From assembly GCA_027604505.1 (NCBI GenBank), contig JADIIX010000168.1, positions 1 to 41,220 on the forward strand: a stretch of DNA of 41,220 bases, written 5' to 3'. Position numbers and translations under genes: made by a program. Position 1 is the first letter of the stretch, and every line of letters starts with the position of its first letter. Origin of the DNA: Gonapodya sp. JEL0774. Lineage: Eukaryota. The notes under the pieces are model-generated. The model saw only the letters and a program-made list of their open reading frames with translations, was not told where the DNA came from and made no database searches. Of the stretch, positions 23,337 to 38,148 are shown piece by piece.

Positions 23337-25106
23337 ATGTCGGATGAAATCGTTCCGGTACATTCTGGCGGCCGTGTAGTGTATCCAACCCTCATACAAT
23401 GCTTATCATCATGTTTTATCGGTACCAGGTGGTTATCGACAACGGTTCAGGCACTTGCAAGGCAGGCATGGCAGGAGATGACTCACCGCGATCTGTGCGT
23501 ACTTCGTGACATTCTACAAAACATGTCTTGGTGAGCTTTCTTCTCCTGTAGGTTTTTTCTTCAATCGTCGGCCGACCCCGTGTGTCTAACGGTGCTATTG
23601 GAATGGGACAGAACGATGTGTATGTCGGGGACGAAGCGGTGACCAAACGTGGCGTACTCACCCTCAATCAACCAATTGAGCGTGGTATAATCACAAACTG
23701 GGCCAACATGGAGAGACTATGGTGCGATTTGGACTGAAAAATTACTTTCTCTCCGTTTCACCAACAGTTGAACTTTCGTTTCGTTTCCATCTCTGCTAAT
23801 GTCCCTTCAGGCATCACGCATTCTTCAACGAGCTTCGTATAGCCCCAGAAGAGCACCCAGTCTTGTGCACCGAGGCTCCACTCAACCCCAAATCCAACCG
23901 GGAGGGAATGACGCAGATTATGTTCGAAACATTTAACGTGCGCACCAATGGTCGCTTTCGCTATTAGTTATACATACCTCTTATCGGCGTTTGGAGACCA
24001 GGTTCCTTCTTTCTACGTCAGTGTTCCGGCAGTGCTGGCGCTATACTCCTCTGGTCGAACCGGTGGTGTCGTCTTCGATTCAGGCTACGGAGCCAGTCAC
24101 ACTGTGCCTGTTTACGAAGGGTGCGCTGTTCATCATGCGGTGAGTTGTCCCTCACTCAAGTTGTTGCTGGCATTGATCTCCAGCTCAGGACTATCCCATC
24201 TTATACGCCAGATTGAAAAACTCAACGTCGCGGGCCAAGACCTCACTCAGCACATGGTGCTTCTTATGACGAAAACAGGTCACAGTGTCCGTTCTTTTGT
24301 TGGACAATTGTTTACCTATTTGCGCCACGGGTCAGCTAATGATGCTTTCAGTTCACAGGGGGCTCAGAACGGGAACTTGTCCGTGATATCAAGGAAAGAC
24401 TTGGATACGTTGCACTTGATTTCGAGCAGGAAATCAAAAAGGCTCGGAGTTCCAGTGCTATTGAAAAGTGTTACAAGCTCCCGGATGGCCAGGTGATCAT
24501 CCTCGGCATGGAGCGATTCCAAGTGACGGAACCGTTGTTCCAGCCTGCTTTAGTTCAAGTGGAGTCACCGGGAATTCACGGTGAGTTGTTTGACCTCGTG
24601 AGAACAAAATGGCATGCTGAGCTTCCTAGACTCTCCTCCTCCATAGAGCTCACATACAACTCAATCAGCAAATGCGATGTGGATATCCGGAGTGAGCTCT
24701 GTAGGAACGTTATACTCTCTGGGGGTAACACAATGTTTCCCGGCATTGGTGAGTGATTTGCCCTCATCGTCCCACTCCATTGTCCACCGTCGAGCTCATA
24801 GTCATCACAACGCGTTATTTTACAAGCGGACCGAATGAAGAGAGAGCTCTCTGTGCTCGCACCTTCATTCGGGAACATCCGAGTCGTCGCAGCACCCGAA
24901 CGGAGGGCGTCGGTTTGGATCGGCGGTTCGGTGTTGGCTTCCCTGCCGATGTTTCGGGAGATGTGTATCTCAAGGCAAGAATATCAGGAGACTGGATCGG
25001 TGAGCTATGCAAGTCGTTGTTGTGGGGGGGATGAAGGGCTACCCATCTTAATTGTAGTTCTTATCGGTCAATGCAACAGTCGATAGTTCACCGAAAATGT
25101 TTTTGA
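23337..25106 (+). CDS. Divergent actin paralogue, 10 exons, intact reading frame
   Basis: Splices to [39 protein letters not shown]...[10 protein letters not shown]...[19 protein letters not shown]...[11 protein letters not shown]...LPDGQ...KCDVDIR...[14 protein letters not shown]...[12 protein letters not shown]...|SIVHRKCF with all GT-AG introns and no stops. Confidence 0.93.
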
Positions 25107-25447
25107 GGGCAGTGTGGAACTCTTTCTCTCCGTTGCGGTATCTGCACGCGCCACGACGGTTTAATTTTTGGGTGTCATTTCGAGCGAGGGGATTGCGTAG
25201 TTGATTAACATGTGCGGAGATAATATAAATGTGGAGTTTGTGCACCTCACTACCACCTATCGGGCACCAAAAAGTCACATCAAAGGGTTATGCGTAAGCT
25301 TGGACGCTTTTTTGTTTTTTTTTTTTTGATTCGGATCACCTATTCGTCGGAAAAGGAAGTAAAGAGGGTGGTGCCTCAGTGGGCGGGTAAAGGTGCTTCA
25401 CACGCCAGAGACTAATGGCGCAGGTACACTCGTAGGTATCAATCACC

Positions 25448-27915
25448 ATGGAGACATCAATCGCACCCATCCCAAGACTCAAAACTGTCTGCCAAACTTG
25501 TTGTAAAAGGAAGGTCAAATGTGATGGTTTGAACGTAAGCTGACAGGCTTAATACTCCCTTGTCACTTGGGCTCGAAAACTCAGCTCTAACATATTTCTC
25601 CAATCGCCATCCATTACCAACTCCAAAGCCTTGCTCAAGATGTAAACGCCTTTGTATAGATTGTGCTTATGAGCCTCGCCAAGAAATTTCCAGAAGAAAG
25701 ACAAAGGCGGTTTCCAAGCCGAGAAGATTGACGATGACCGACAGACTGAAAGTTCTCGAGGCTGCAATCACTGGAGAGGAGAGCATAGCCTTTACGAATC
25801 TTCCCGGTGATGGAGAAGAGTGGGATGACGAGCGTCAATCGCACACTCAAAAGGAGAACGTCGTGGACCTGAGACTTGTCTTGGATCTGATCTCTGCCAC
25901 GCCGAATTTCGCCTTGGAGAATCAACAGTTCATGCCATTTATGTATGCGAGCAGGCAAGCTAAGTGGGTGCAGCCTTTCTCAGCGCGGTTACCAATGGAG
26001 CTGACAATCGTTGACCACGTAAGTACTTCTCTGTTCAGTATATACGTTTTCCCACTGTCCAACAGTGAAGCGGAGATGAGGCACTCATCAACGCCACCTC
26101 TTATTTCTACTCCAATCCGTAGCTGCCACCGCTCCCATCGTCAGATCTTGTGAATGAGCTCATTCAAATTTACTTCTCCGGTCAGGGGTTGAGAAGATTC
26201 TCTTGGATCCACAAAGCCACCTTCTTGAAAAACCCTAGCTCTTCACCCCTCATTCTCTTCAGTGTGCTCCTAGCAGCGGCGGCTACTGATCCCCGACCCT
26301 CTGTGCGCAGCTGTGCCCACTCAAACATATTTCCAAGATTGCGGTTGCTTCTCCAAAGCAATGCAGAAACGCACACCCTGTACGCAATGTCAGGTCTATG
26401 CCAAGCATTTGATTTTCAATTCCATTCGCAACAATGGGATGATGCATACGAGTTCCTCTCACAAGCAGCAGCGACTGTGAGGTTCCACGGACTTGTGAAC
26501 GAGATCAGCTATATACAAATTTCTTCGAAATGGTCGGAGCAAGAAACCTGGAGACGGTTATGTTGGATGGTTTTCCTAGCGGACCGATGGGTCTCAACGA
26601 CTAGCGCAAAGTCGAGATTTCTCATTGAAGGGGAGTACATACAGTTACGGCTGCCTTGTCCAAACTGGTCAGTTCTTCGCCTGCGAAATTTCTCTCGTAC
26701 TTGATGGAGTTCTCTCATATTTACGTCGGCTGTTTGGTCACATCAGGGAGTGGGAGTCGGAAGACTCCGATCAGATTTCTCACACACAAATGCCTACACT
26801 GGATGAATTTTTTAACCCCGACCCCCTTCGTCCTATTCTCCTCTCGTTTGATGTCTTCGAAAGCACGCTATTCCTTATCTTCTGTCGCGTGACCGAGTTT
26901 CACCACTCATGCCTCAAACAAGGGATTCTGCCTTTCACCGAGCTCTTTGGAGAGGCTCTTGGGCGGCTTCGCGAGATCGAACGTTTAATGCAAGTTTGGG
27001 AAGATCACTTCAATAGATTTATTGCGGCTCCGGGGATCTGCTCCCTCGATCAAGGGCAAAAAGTCTACATGCAGATAGTGTACAGAGGGATTCGAGTCGG
27101 TGGGCTTTTGATGCTCTCCTACACAGGCACTTGATTTGTCTTACTCACACTCTCATGCTACTCTTTCGATTTCATAAAATGGGACTAAAGCTCTCAACGG
27201 TCCTTCAACCTCTATGCATGCAATCGCCGCTGAACTTCTCTTACCCGCTGGTTCGCAGGGGCCCCCCCGCTCTCGGCTTACTAGAACGACAGGAGACGAT
27301 ACATCGAGCTTAGAAATCGTGGAGATGCTGCAGATTTGGGTGAGAATATCGACCCCCGTGCCATTCATGCAGTAGCAGAAATTCACGATTTCGTCTTTGC
27401 ACCAGAGCGGATCTCCATCGTTTGTAAATGCTCTGGCAAATGCGATGCAAGCATGGGACTTTTTGATGAAGTTGTACGAGATTAAAGAATTGAACGAGTT
27501 TCCGAATCCTATATTTGGTACAACGTCAGTTACCGAATATTTTGACTTCACCGTTGTCTCTTAATCACGGGTACTTCCCACACAACCATTCAGCGTCGCC
27601 CAAGTTGCAGTTGTCTTCCTTATCGTCGCGACTCAACTCATCTATACCGGCCTCTCCGCTGATGACTTCCTCAATCGCATTCGAGTCCTTCTTTCGCACC
27701 AGGATCGCATGTCAGCTGAGACCATCTCGAAAGCGAAGCCGATGCTCAACTTTCTGGCATGCTTCCTGGGCGAGTTGGAGAGAGGAGTGGGCCTGGAATC
27801 TGTCTCGTGGGCATACGATTCAAGCATGGTGGAGCAGTTTATGCGGCAGTTTCGGGTCACGAGACAGTGGAACGAATCAGAACCGAGTAACTTGGCGGTA
27901 TTGCTGGCTCGCTAA
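25448..27915 (+). CDS. Zn(II)2Cys6 binuclear cluster transcription factor with a fungal-specific TF (middle homology) domain
   Basis: After removing intron gtaagc...caaag: CQTCCKRKVKCDGLNPCSRCKRLCIDC (Cx2Cx6Cx5Cx2Cx6C). Later LIQIYF..FSWIHKATFL and EQETWRRLCWMVFLADRW...LRLPCP. Confidence 0.9.
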
Positions 27916-28591
27916 CGGATTTGAAGGACTGCAACTTCAGTTGGAAGCATTGACCATTTTTTGGGCATCCCTCAGCCAGCATTACCAGTTGTTCATTTAG
28001 AGGCTACGCATCAAGCATTATTGTATTTTTATCACTTACCTCACTAAGTAGAGATTGCATTGTCTGATTTGCCCAATCTTTCTCTTTTGTGCAAGGGCAG
28101 CGAGATCGAGGGGTTCATATCATAATGGGACTTGAGTTGAAGAGAAACAGGGAGATGGCCGGGGAAAATGGGAGAGAGACGAATTTGCGCGGAGGAAAGG
28201 GAGTAATGATGCGAAGCAGGTGAGTTGGTGGGGTGGATTACTCGGGCGTGTTGGTTTTCTTTAGTAGTTCTCCCTTTGAAGAGGTTGTGCCATTCGAGTA
28301 AGGTGTACGCGATTCGAACTATTTGCGCGGGGGAAGGGGTGGCAGAAGGAAGACAAGATATCTCAAGTGACGACTTCTCAACAAGGACTGGAACAGTGCC
28401 TCATCATAACCTGACGGAGAATCAGAAGACGAAATTCAACGGTAACTAGAATGGGATGCTGTGGGGAGTCGAGTGTGGAGGAACTTACAACGGATATTGG
28501 ATCAGCATTTCAGCCCGTCAATGCTTACTCTTCGGGGGTGTTGGAAATGCTGTGAACTTCCAACGAATTTTGTTCTCACCGCACGGCTCCG

Positions 28592-31500
28592 TTGTTCACC
28601 GTACGTTACCCTCAAAACTATGGAAACCGACGACCATCCAGCTACCGCCAACTGCTCGCCCTAGAGTCTTTCTACTCGGGGGGAAAAGTTGCTCTGAGCG
28701 CCTTCACCCCCGCACAATCCGATTCGTCAGACTCGAACACGACTCAGTCTCCCCTTTCAACACCACTCCTGATCACCCCATTCGGTGACCAACTACGCCT
28801 GACACTCCTCTCCTCCCCGCCGACCCTCCTCCATTCCCTTTCTCCCAACGCCGACGCTGTCACATCATTCGCCATCGATGGACAATGCACCCGCATAGTC
28901 ATTGCTACTCGTTCTCTTCTCCTGTCCTCGTGGGACGTCCGGACGGGCACATTGCTCAGGTCATGGAAGGCACATGAAGCACCGGTGCTGGTATCAGACT
29001 TCGATCCCACGGGGACTCTGGTAGCCACAGGATCCGCAGACTCCACAGTCCGGGTGTGGGACGTGAACGGCGCTTTTGGGACCCACGCTTTCCGTGGGCA
29101 CCGCGGCCTTGTTTCAGCACTCTCCTTCTACCACCTCCCGAAAATTCATTTCCCTCCACAAAAGAACGCTCCTAAGCTCCCTAAACAAGTTGCTGCTCGC
29201 GCCTTCTGGCTCTTTTCTGGCGGTGAAGATGGCTCCGTTCGCATCTGGGACCTAGGCACCAAATCTTGTCTTGCCGTGCTGAAATCCCACGTCTCCGTTG
29301 TGCGCGGTCTCTCATTCACCCCTTCTGGTGGCCACTGTGTCTCTGCGGGACGTGACCGAGTTCTCTGTGTGTGGGACTTAGACTCTCTTCAACTCGTCAA
29401 AACAACCCCTGTAGCTGAATCCGTTGAGTCGGTTGCCTGTCTGTTACCCGACCACGTGTCACCATCTTGGCGCGGTGATTCCCAGGACCGGTCGGAAGTA
29501 GTAGTCGCCACTGCAGGCGAACGCGGCCACGTGCGCTTCTGGAACCTCACAACGGATACTGAAGTCGCCTCTGCTGGTGAACAACATCACTATACTTCTC
29601 CACCACACCCCACCGACAATTCTTCCTCGAACGATGCTCCCTCTGACTCTGGTCCGCCCCCCCTCCACTCCCTCCTTTACACTCCCTTCTTCTCGACACT
29701 CCTCTCCGCTTCCACCGACACTTCGCTCAATCTCTACTCCCTTCCCTCTCTCCACCTCCGCACTCAAATGGTTGGTGAAAATGACGAAGTCGTTGACCTA
29801 GCTTTCCTCCCCGGTGCACCTCTCCACAAGCCCAATGCAGTAACTCCGACCCAGTCCACTGCGAGCAACCTCACCTCTGCTGCCTCATCGGAATTGTCTC
29901 CTAAACTAACCACACCCCCAGCTTACCCAGCGTATCTCGCTCTTGCCACCACATCCCCCCTTGCCCGCATTTACCACCTCCCATCTGGGTCAGTTCACCT
30001 CTTAGAAGGACACACTGGTGCCGTTGTCTCGCTTGCTGCTGCACCGGACACCCCAGTCAAAGCCGACTCGATGCACTCCCTTGGGGCGTATCTCGTTACA
30101 GGAAGTCGCGATCGAACCGCACGGGTATGGCACGTCACATGGCCGTATATTCGAGAGTCTTCCACTGGAGTTGACCACGGCATCTGGCGGTGTACGGCAG
30201 TGCTGACAGGACACACAGAAGGAGTGGGTGGAGTTGCGGTGGCAGGAAAGGATGGCTTGCTTGGTGTCAAGGGCCGGATGGTCATCACTGGAGGCGGTGA
30301 AGGTGTTGTTAAGGTCTGGGACGTTGGAAGGGATGAAGTAAACGTAGATGGTTCGTCTATTGCGGTGTTTTGAAGAACAGCGAAAGTTGCATACATTGAG
30401 CATGCTCTGTGTCTAATTTGATGATTTCTTCCAGTCCCCGCTCATCCTACTTCCCTCACCACCTTCCAAGCTCATACCCGCCCTATTAATCACCTCTCTC
30501 TCAGTCCCAACTCGCAGCTCCTTGCCACTGCCTCCCAAGACAAAACATGCCGCCTCTTTCGACTACCGCAACTAGCACCCCTGGCTACATTAGCCGGCCA
30601 CAAGCGCGGAGTATGGTCCGCAAGATTTTCTTCATCTGACCAGGTCGTAGTCACAGCGTCGGCAGATAGAACCGTGAGGGTGTGGAGTATTGCGAACTTC
30701 GCCTGTCTCCGTGTGTTGGAAGGACATCTCAACTCAGTCTTGGGAGCTTCGTTCGCAACGCGAGGGATGCAGATCATCTCCGCGGGCTCGGACGGTTTGA
30801 TGAAACTGTGGAGTGTTCGAGATCAATCTTGCGTCGCCACGGTAGACGCACACGAGGATAAGGTGTGGACTGTGGAGGTCGCAGGAGATGGTGAGGTAGT
30901 TGCGACGGGAGGAGCGGACGGAAAAGTTAGGGTTTGGTGGGATGCAACAGCAGAGGAGGACGAAGTGAAGAGGAAGGAGGAGGAGGATCGGGTAGTAAAG
31001 TGAGTTTCAAAGAGTTTCTTCTGCAGTTCTGCGAATGATACCTCATGGTCGTTCCTCCAGAGAACAATCCCTGGTCAACCACCTCCGCCGCCGCGCCTAC
31101 ACTCCAGCCGTCCATCTTGCCCTCTCCCTCAACCATTCATTCCAGCTCTTGCAAGTGCTCACGACTATCATATCCCTTCACCCCCCTACCCGCGCCACGC
31201 TGGAGCCCATCATGCCAGAAGCGTCATCCTTAAAAGTCAGTCGGTCCCAATCGGCTCCGCGGGCCGTATTTTCACCCAAGGTGGACGCACTGCTTGACTC
31301 CTTGGAGGGAGAGAAGTTGGATAAAGTGGCGGGTTGGCTCAGGGACTGGAATGCACAAGGAAGGTTTGCAAGAGTGGCACAGATGGTATTGTACCTTTGG
31401 AGCGTAGGAAAGACTATGGGGAGAGTCGCGATGTTACAAAGAGGGAAGGAGGTGTGCTCGGTGTGATTCTCTTATCCCGGTTAGCTCAGACAGTCTCATC

Positions 31501-32166
31501 ATATGCTTAAACTTCTTCGTTCTTTGTATCTTTCCGCAAATCGCTCCTCTCCGACACCGTCGACGACATCAGTACCTGGATGCCTATGCCGCTTACACGG
31601 ACCGCCACCTCCACCACGCAACATCGCAAGTGACACGATCTTACCTGCTCGACTTTGTGATCGAGAGTATGGAGTCTGTTGCGCTTTCACGGAACACTCA
31701 GCTCGGCGGTTTCTTGGAGCATGACACTAACGGGACAGTGGGAGAAGAGGAGGGGATGGAGGTTGACGGGGATGAGGCGTCTGATGAAGGTGATGGATTG
31801 GATGAAGAGTCCGTGGGCGATCACGCAAAAGAGGGCGTCACGCGTGATGATGAGGACGGAATATTGGACAGGTTGCCGGTCGTAAGTGCGAGTGATCGAA
31901 ATCGTGGAGTGCCTTCAGGGAGTATTGTAGACGGCGGGGGTGATGATTTAGGTGGCAATCTGGCCGGCGGTCCAGATGGGGACAGTGTGGACGATGATGC
32001 AGCAGATGACGCGGATATGGGCGAAGAAAATGAAAGCCAAGAGAGTTCGACAGATATTGGACGGTTGAAAGGATTTGAAGAAGAGAATCCGGACGACAGC
32101 GATAACCAGAGTGAAGTCGAGCGTGACTCAAGTGAGGAAGATATGAGCTCCGCTGACGACGAATGA
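28592..32166 (+). CDS. UTP13: U3 snoRNA-associated protein 13 (TBL3): WD40 repeats plus Utp13 C-terminal domain
   Basis: FYSGGKV, LRSWKAHEAPV..DFDPTGTLVATGSADSTVRVWD, THAFRGHRGLV, HVSVVRGL, GENDEVVDL, LAGHKRGVWS, GSDGLMKLW, AHEDKVW, LRDWNAQGR..VAQ and YTDRH...SYLLDF, with an acidic tail. The first exon and start codon were not resolved. Confidence 0.92.
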
Positions 32167-32547
32167 GAATCATAGACTTGCATTGCTAGATATTACTTTT
32201 ATTTTGACAAACATGCTTGCGTCATGTTGCAAGGCAAACCCACATCGCCGATCTTGGTCTTTACAAAAGACCCGGGTGAAACCCGTGTCCGTTAGAACTT
32301 TGATCAATCGTGAGTGGGGGAAGAGGCCTGACGTGTGACGCGGGGAGAGACCAGGTTGGTATTCGTGTCTCAAGCACGCATATCTCAAGTTCGCCCCAAG
32401 CTTTCGAATCTTTATTCCCGGTTTCGTGCAGCACTGGAGCACGGCCTTGCGAATGAAGAATATCAAAATTTTCATTTCAATCGTAAACGAAATCAACTAC
32501 ATATCGAAACAATTAGTGGCGATTTTTGTTGTCTTCATGCATGTTCT

Positions 32548-34309
<1,762 letters not shown>

Positions 34310-34435
34310 TTTGCTTTGAATTTTCGGTTGAGTAGTCTGGATTGACTGAAATTTGCCAACGAATCATCCAGCGGGCTTATATCAGTGGGGTTACGAAGAT
34401 GTGGCGAGGTCTGCGAGTGCGAAGACCACAGCACC

Positions 34436-34500
34436 AGATTGGTTTGATCAGAATCACCGACGATTGGTTGGGTTGGTACGATTGGTTGGTTTGGTTGGGA
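34436..34500 (-). promoter_or_regulatory. Candidate actin promoter tract with repeated CCAAT/CCAAC motifs
   Basis: About 130-190 bp upstream of the actin ATG the minus strand reads cccaaccaaaccaaccaatcgtaccaacccaaccaatcgtcgg...aaaccaatct (three CCAATC). Confidence 0.35.
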
Positions 34501-34513
34501 TGACAGAGTAAGG

Positions 34514-35069
34514 ATATCAGGATCCCATCTGCTACTTGGAAACGTTTTGCCGTGATTGGCAGAGATGGCACAAACTCCGATCCCTCGCGAAACCAAGCAG
34601 CCAGTGCAAAGCACTGATGCCTAAACCAATGCTAGAATAATGAATACCCCAACAAAAGTTCAGCTGGCTACCTGCATGTAATACCCTCTTTCTTACACCG
34701 GAGCTATGACGCGCAAGGCGCAGATTTGTGAGGCGCTAAAAGAAAACTTCTGTGCACACTCTCCTACCCTCCCACTACCCCTCCTTCTCACCTACAATCC
34801 CTCACCACGGCATGTGGAACACATCTGTGTGTTGCGAGAAAAGACCAAAACTGAATTTAGCCAATAGCACACACCTTGTTTGGCTCATGATCACAAGAAC
34901 AACACAAAGAAACTCACAAAATGACCAAAGTGCTCCATCATCCTTCTGTCCTCCTCCCTCATCCCCCCTCGCCCTCTTCCACGACCAGTTTTTCCACGCC
35001 CTCCGAAATCGCGAGGAGATCCTTGAAGTGCAGTGTAGGAAAGGGGCACCGAAAACAAATTTCGCGGTA
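34514..35069 (+). repeat. Dispersed ~550-bp repeat, copy B (retains CpGs)
   Basis: Reverse-complement match to 13437-13981; keeps CpGs and an ATG (34921) lost in copy A. Confidence 0.93.
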
Positions 35070-36018
35070 TGATGAGGGCCCACCCAGTCAGATCTCATGC
35101 TGGAGAATAGCAACTGTGGAAGGAGTTGAAACGGCTTAAAAGATGGTCGCGCTGTTGGTAAAATTTGACGAAGACATGAGTTATTGAAAAATATGTGAAA
35201 TGCAACGTGTCTCCTGCAAGTTTGGTTTTTGGTTCGGAGACACTCACAGCGTGAAGCCACTCGTTCATTGAGTTCAACAAAACGGCAGTCGGCTGCGGCT
35301 GCGGCTGTGCTGTACTGCATGTACAGGTTGTATCCGTACCATTAGGTCACAAAAACCACAATAGCTGGCCAGTTCTTGGTCGTCGGGTTGCAGCAGATCA
35401 TGCCGCAGCGCATTGTGCAGTAAACATGTATGAAGTAACTGGAGGTATAGCATCGCTGTTCAGCGGCTGCGCTGCTAAAAGAAACGGAATTGCTGGCGTG
35501 AAGCGAGACTCTACTGAGTGAAACTAAGGATGGAGAACGTGATGTTTGATTGTGAGAGAGCATGACGATATGAAGAGCGGAAGAACCCAAACTAACCAAT
35601 GAAGCAATGAACGTCCGACGTTAACGATACAATCTGTAAGTGATTTCTGATGAAGGGCCAGTTGGATGGAACGAGGGAATTGGGACGCGTATCGAGTTCG
35701 ACAAGAAGAAATGACTTTGGGAGGACAGAGTACAGGAAGCTAAAATGATATGCTTAAGATTCATGAGCTCTATTGACTCGAATATTGTTATTATTGATGG
35801 ACTTCGCGCTATGACGAATGTTCGAAAAGTTCGAGTTCGTTCGAAGTTCGACAAGCCGAACCCGATCTCGAACTTAGAATTTTAGATGCAATCTTTTACT
35901 TAGTTGAACTCCAATCGAAATCGAATTTCAATTGCTCCAACTCGAGCTTTGGGGTGGAAACTTCTGTTGTCTTATTACCAGTCACCAATAGCTCCTCGCG
36001 ACTATCGAGCCGCAGCAG

Positions 36019-38148
36019 ATGGTGGAGCCGACATCCACTGTCGCCGAAGAGGAAGATGCGCCAGTTTCCGTTCTAGATGAAGAGTCCCACGCGACTGGTG
36101 TGTATCCTATCCCTAGAACCGCCAAAGCGAATCCAGGGTAAAAAGGAATGCAAGATTATCTATTTCTTCATCGACTCGTCTGCGCCTCTCTGCATCTCCG
36201 TCTGTGAAGCGTACTGAGGAATGATTGACTCTCAGGGAGTCTGCCACCAATTTGACATGTTTTGTCTTTTACCCACCAGTCGCATCAAGCACTCTGAACT
36301 TAACGAAGACCATTCTCGGTGCCGGTGAGAGATGAAGAAGCCTGTCATGTTGATTGGCACCGCTTTACAATAAAACCTCGTATGGACAGGAATGTTATCA
36401 CTTCCGTTTTCACTCACAAAGACCGGAATCGTACTGGGCTTGATGATCCTTTGTGCATCTGCGCTTCTTACAGTCTGGACTCTGCGTCTTTATGTCTTCA
36501 CTGCAAGATACTTGCCGATTCTCCATGTGAAGGAGCATTCGAGTGATACCGAGGAGCAGCTATTGGAGACTCATACTGGTGCAAAGTTCCCTCAAGCTGT
36601 CAAAGTGGGCTGGGAGAACATTTCAAAGCTTTCCGGCGTACCAGTTCTTGGGGTGTTTGTCTCGGTGAACGTGGTGGTGAGCACGAATGTGATTCAACCA
36701 AACGTTATCGATTCCAAACCATTCAATCGTTAGGTGAGCTGCCTTGGTAAGCCAGCATATGGACAATTTTGAGAATTACTTTCTCAAACCGAATTTCTCC
36801 CCTCTCGCCCACTTCGATTACCTTCCCGATTCCAGGAATGTGCATTGCGTATTTTGTGGCCATCGGGGATTTCTTGCCCTCATTTTTCATTGGGGTTGGA
36901 GTTGACACACAAAGTTTCCTGGCTCAGCGCGGGTTCTGCGTCACCGGTTAGTTCACATCAAACTATGCAGGAACACCAATGGAAGAACCTTCAACGGCGA
37001 TCCACTGCCCTTAACCCACAGTCATAGCATTAGCTTTACTTCCTCTCACTCTTCTCAAGACACTCGATTCTCTCCGTGTGTTTTCTTTGATTGGCAACGT
37101 CGCGGTCGTGTACTTGATTGGAATGTCGTTGTGGACTCTCTTCGCACGATGGAGCGACGGCACGCTGCCAGACACTGGGAACCTTTTGGAATGGAAATGG
37201 AGCCCCGACCTGCTTTATACTTTCTCACTAGCCACGATGGGGTTCTCCTGTCATCAGAATGTAAGATCAGTTCCATCTGGTACCATTGGAACTCTTGCTG
37301 ACACATTCTCAATGACACTTGGGACAGATCTTTTCGATCTACAACGAGCTTCCAAACAATGTCCCCTCAAACAAGCGTGGACCGGGGCCACCTAAAGCTC
37401 CTTCTGAGCTTGTTATATCTCTTTCACTGGGGGCCGCCACTCTCATCTACTGTCTCTTCGCCGTTGTCGGTTACGTGACATGGGGTGATGGAGTTGAAGG
37501 AAATGTTTTGAACAACTGTGAGTAGCCATTGGATGCGTTTTGTTATTGTAATAAAGATTGACGTAAGCTGTCGTTTCAGATCCACCGGACGCCCCTGTAG
37601 CAGTCGTCGCACGACTTGTTCTTGTGATCGTTCTCATGGCTTCGTTTTTGGTGCAGTTCCACCCTTGCAAAACTATCTCTGCCACGCTTGCTCAACGTCT
37701 TCTCGAAACTTCTGCAAGGGTAGTGAAGCGAATCATGAAGTTTCATCAGAGCACCGCACTCTCATCCGATGAGGAGCAAACTCGGCTTATATCTCCTGCA
37801 GAAGAACTGGCACCAGAGTCTATCCCCAGCGAACGACTTCGGAATTTGGTTGCCATCACATTACTACTCGTCGCTTATCTTATCGCAGCCACTGTGAGGG
37901 ATCTATCGCTGGTTCTTGCCCTCACTGGTGCCACAGGAGTTACCTTCATGGCTTCTGTTCTTCCCTTTGTATTCTATGCTTCGATGGGTGTGGTGTTGGA
38001 ACGGAGTTCCTTATCTGGGAAGACTGTGAATGAAATTTTGATCCCTGAAATTCCTAGATGGAAAAGGATCACAGCATGGATGCTGGCAGCTCTTGGACTC
38101 GGGATGATTGTGTTGTCTGTAGCTGTAATTTTACAGCAGAGTAGATGA
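36019..38148 (+). CDS. Amino-acid transporter, AAAP/Aa_trans family (Avt5/6/7, SLC38-like), multi-exon
   Basis: SSTLNLTKTILGAGMLSLPF, GMCIAYFVAIGDFLP, FSCHQN|IFSIYNEL, GYVTWGD.VEGNVLNN, SFLVQFHPCK and DLSLVLALTGATG...LP; many hydrophobic helices. 5' exon uncertain. Confidence 0.88.

Noticed and set aside
27366..27378. cagtagcag tandem acceptor generating a stop in the Zn2Cys6 gene
   Set aside because: It would need a ~33-nt intron; the acceptor at ~27405 gives a normal 66-nt intron and a sensible WSGSPSF join.
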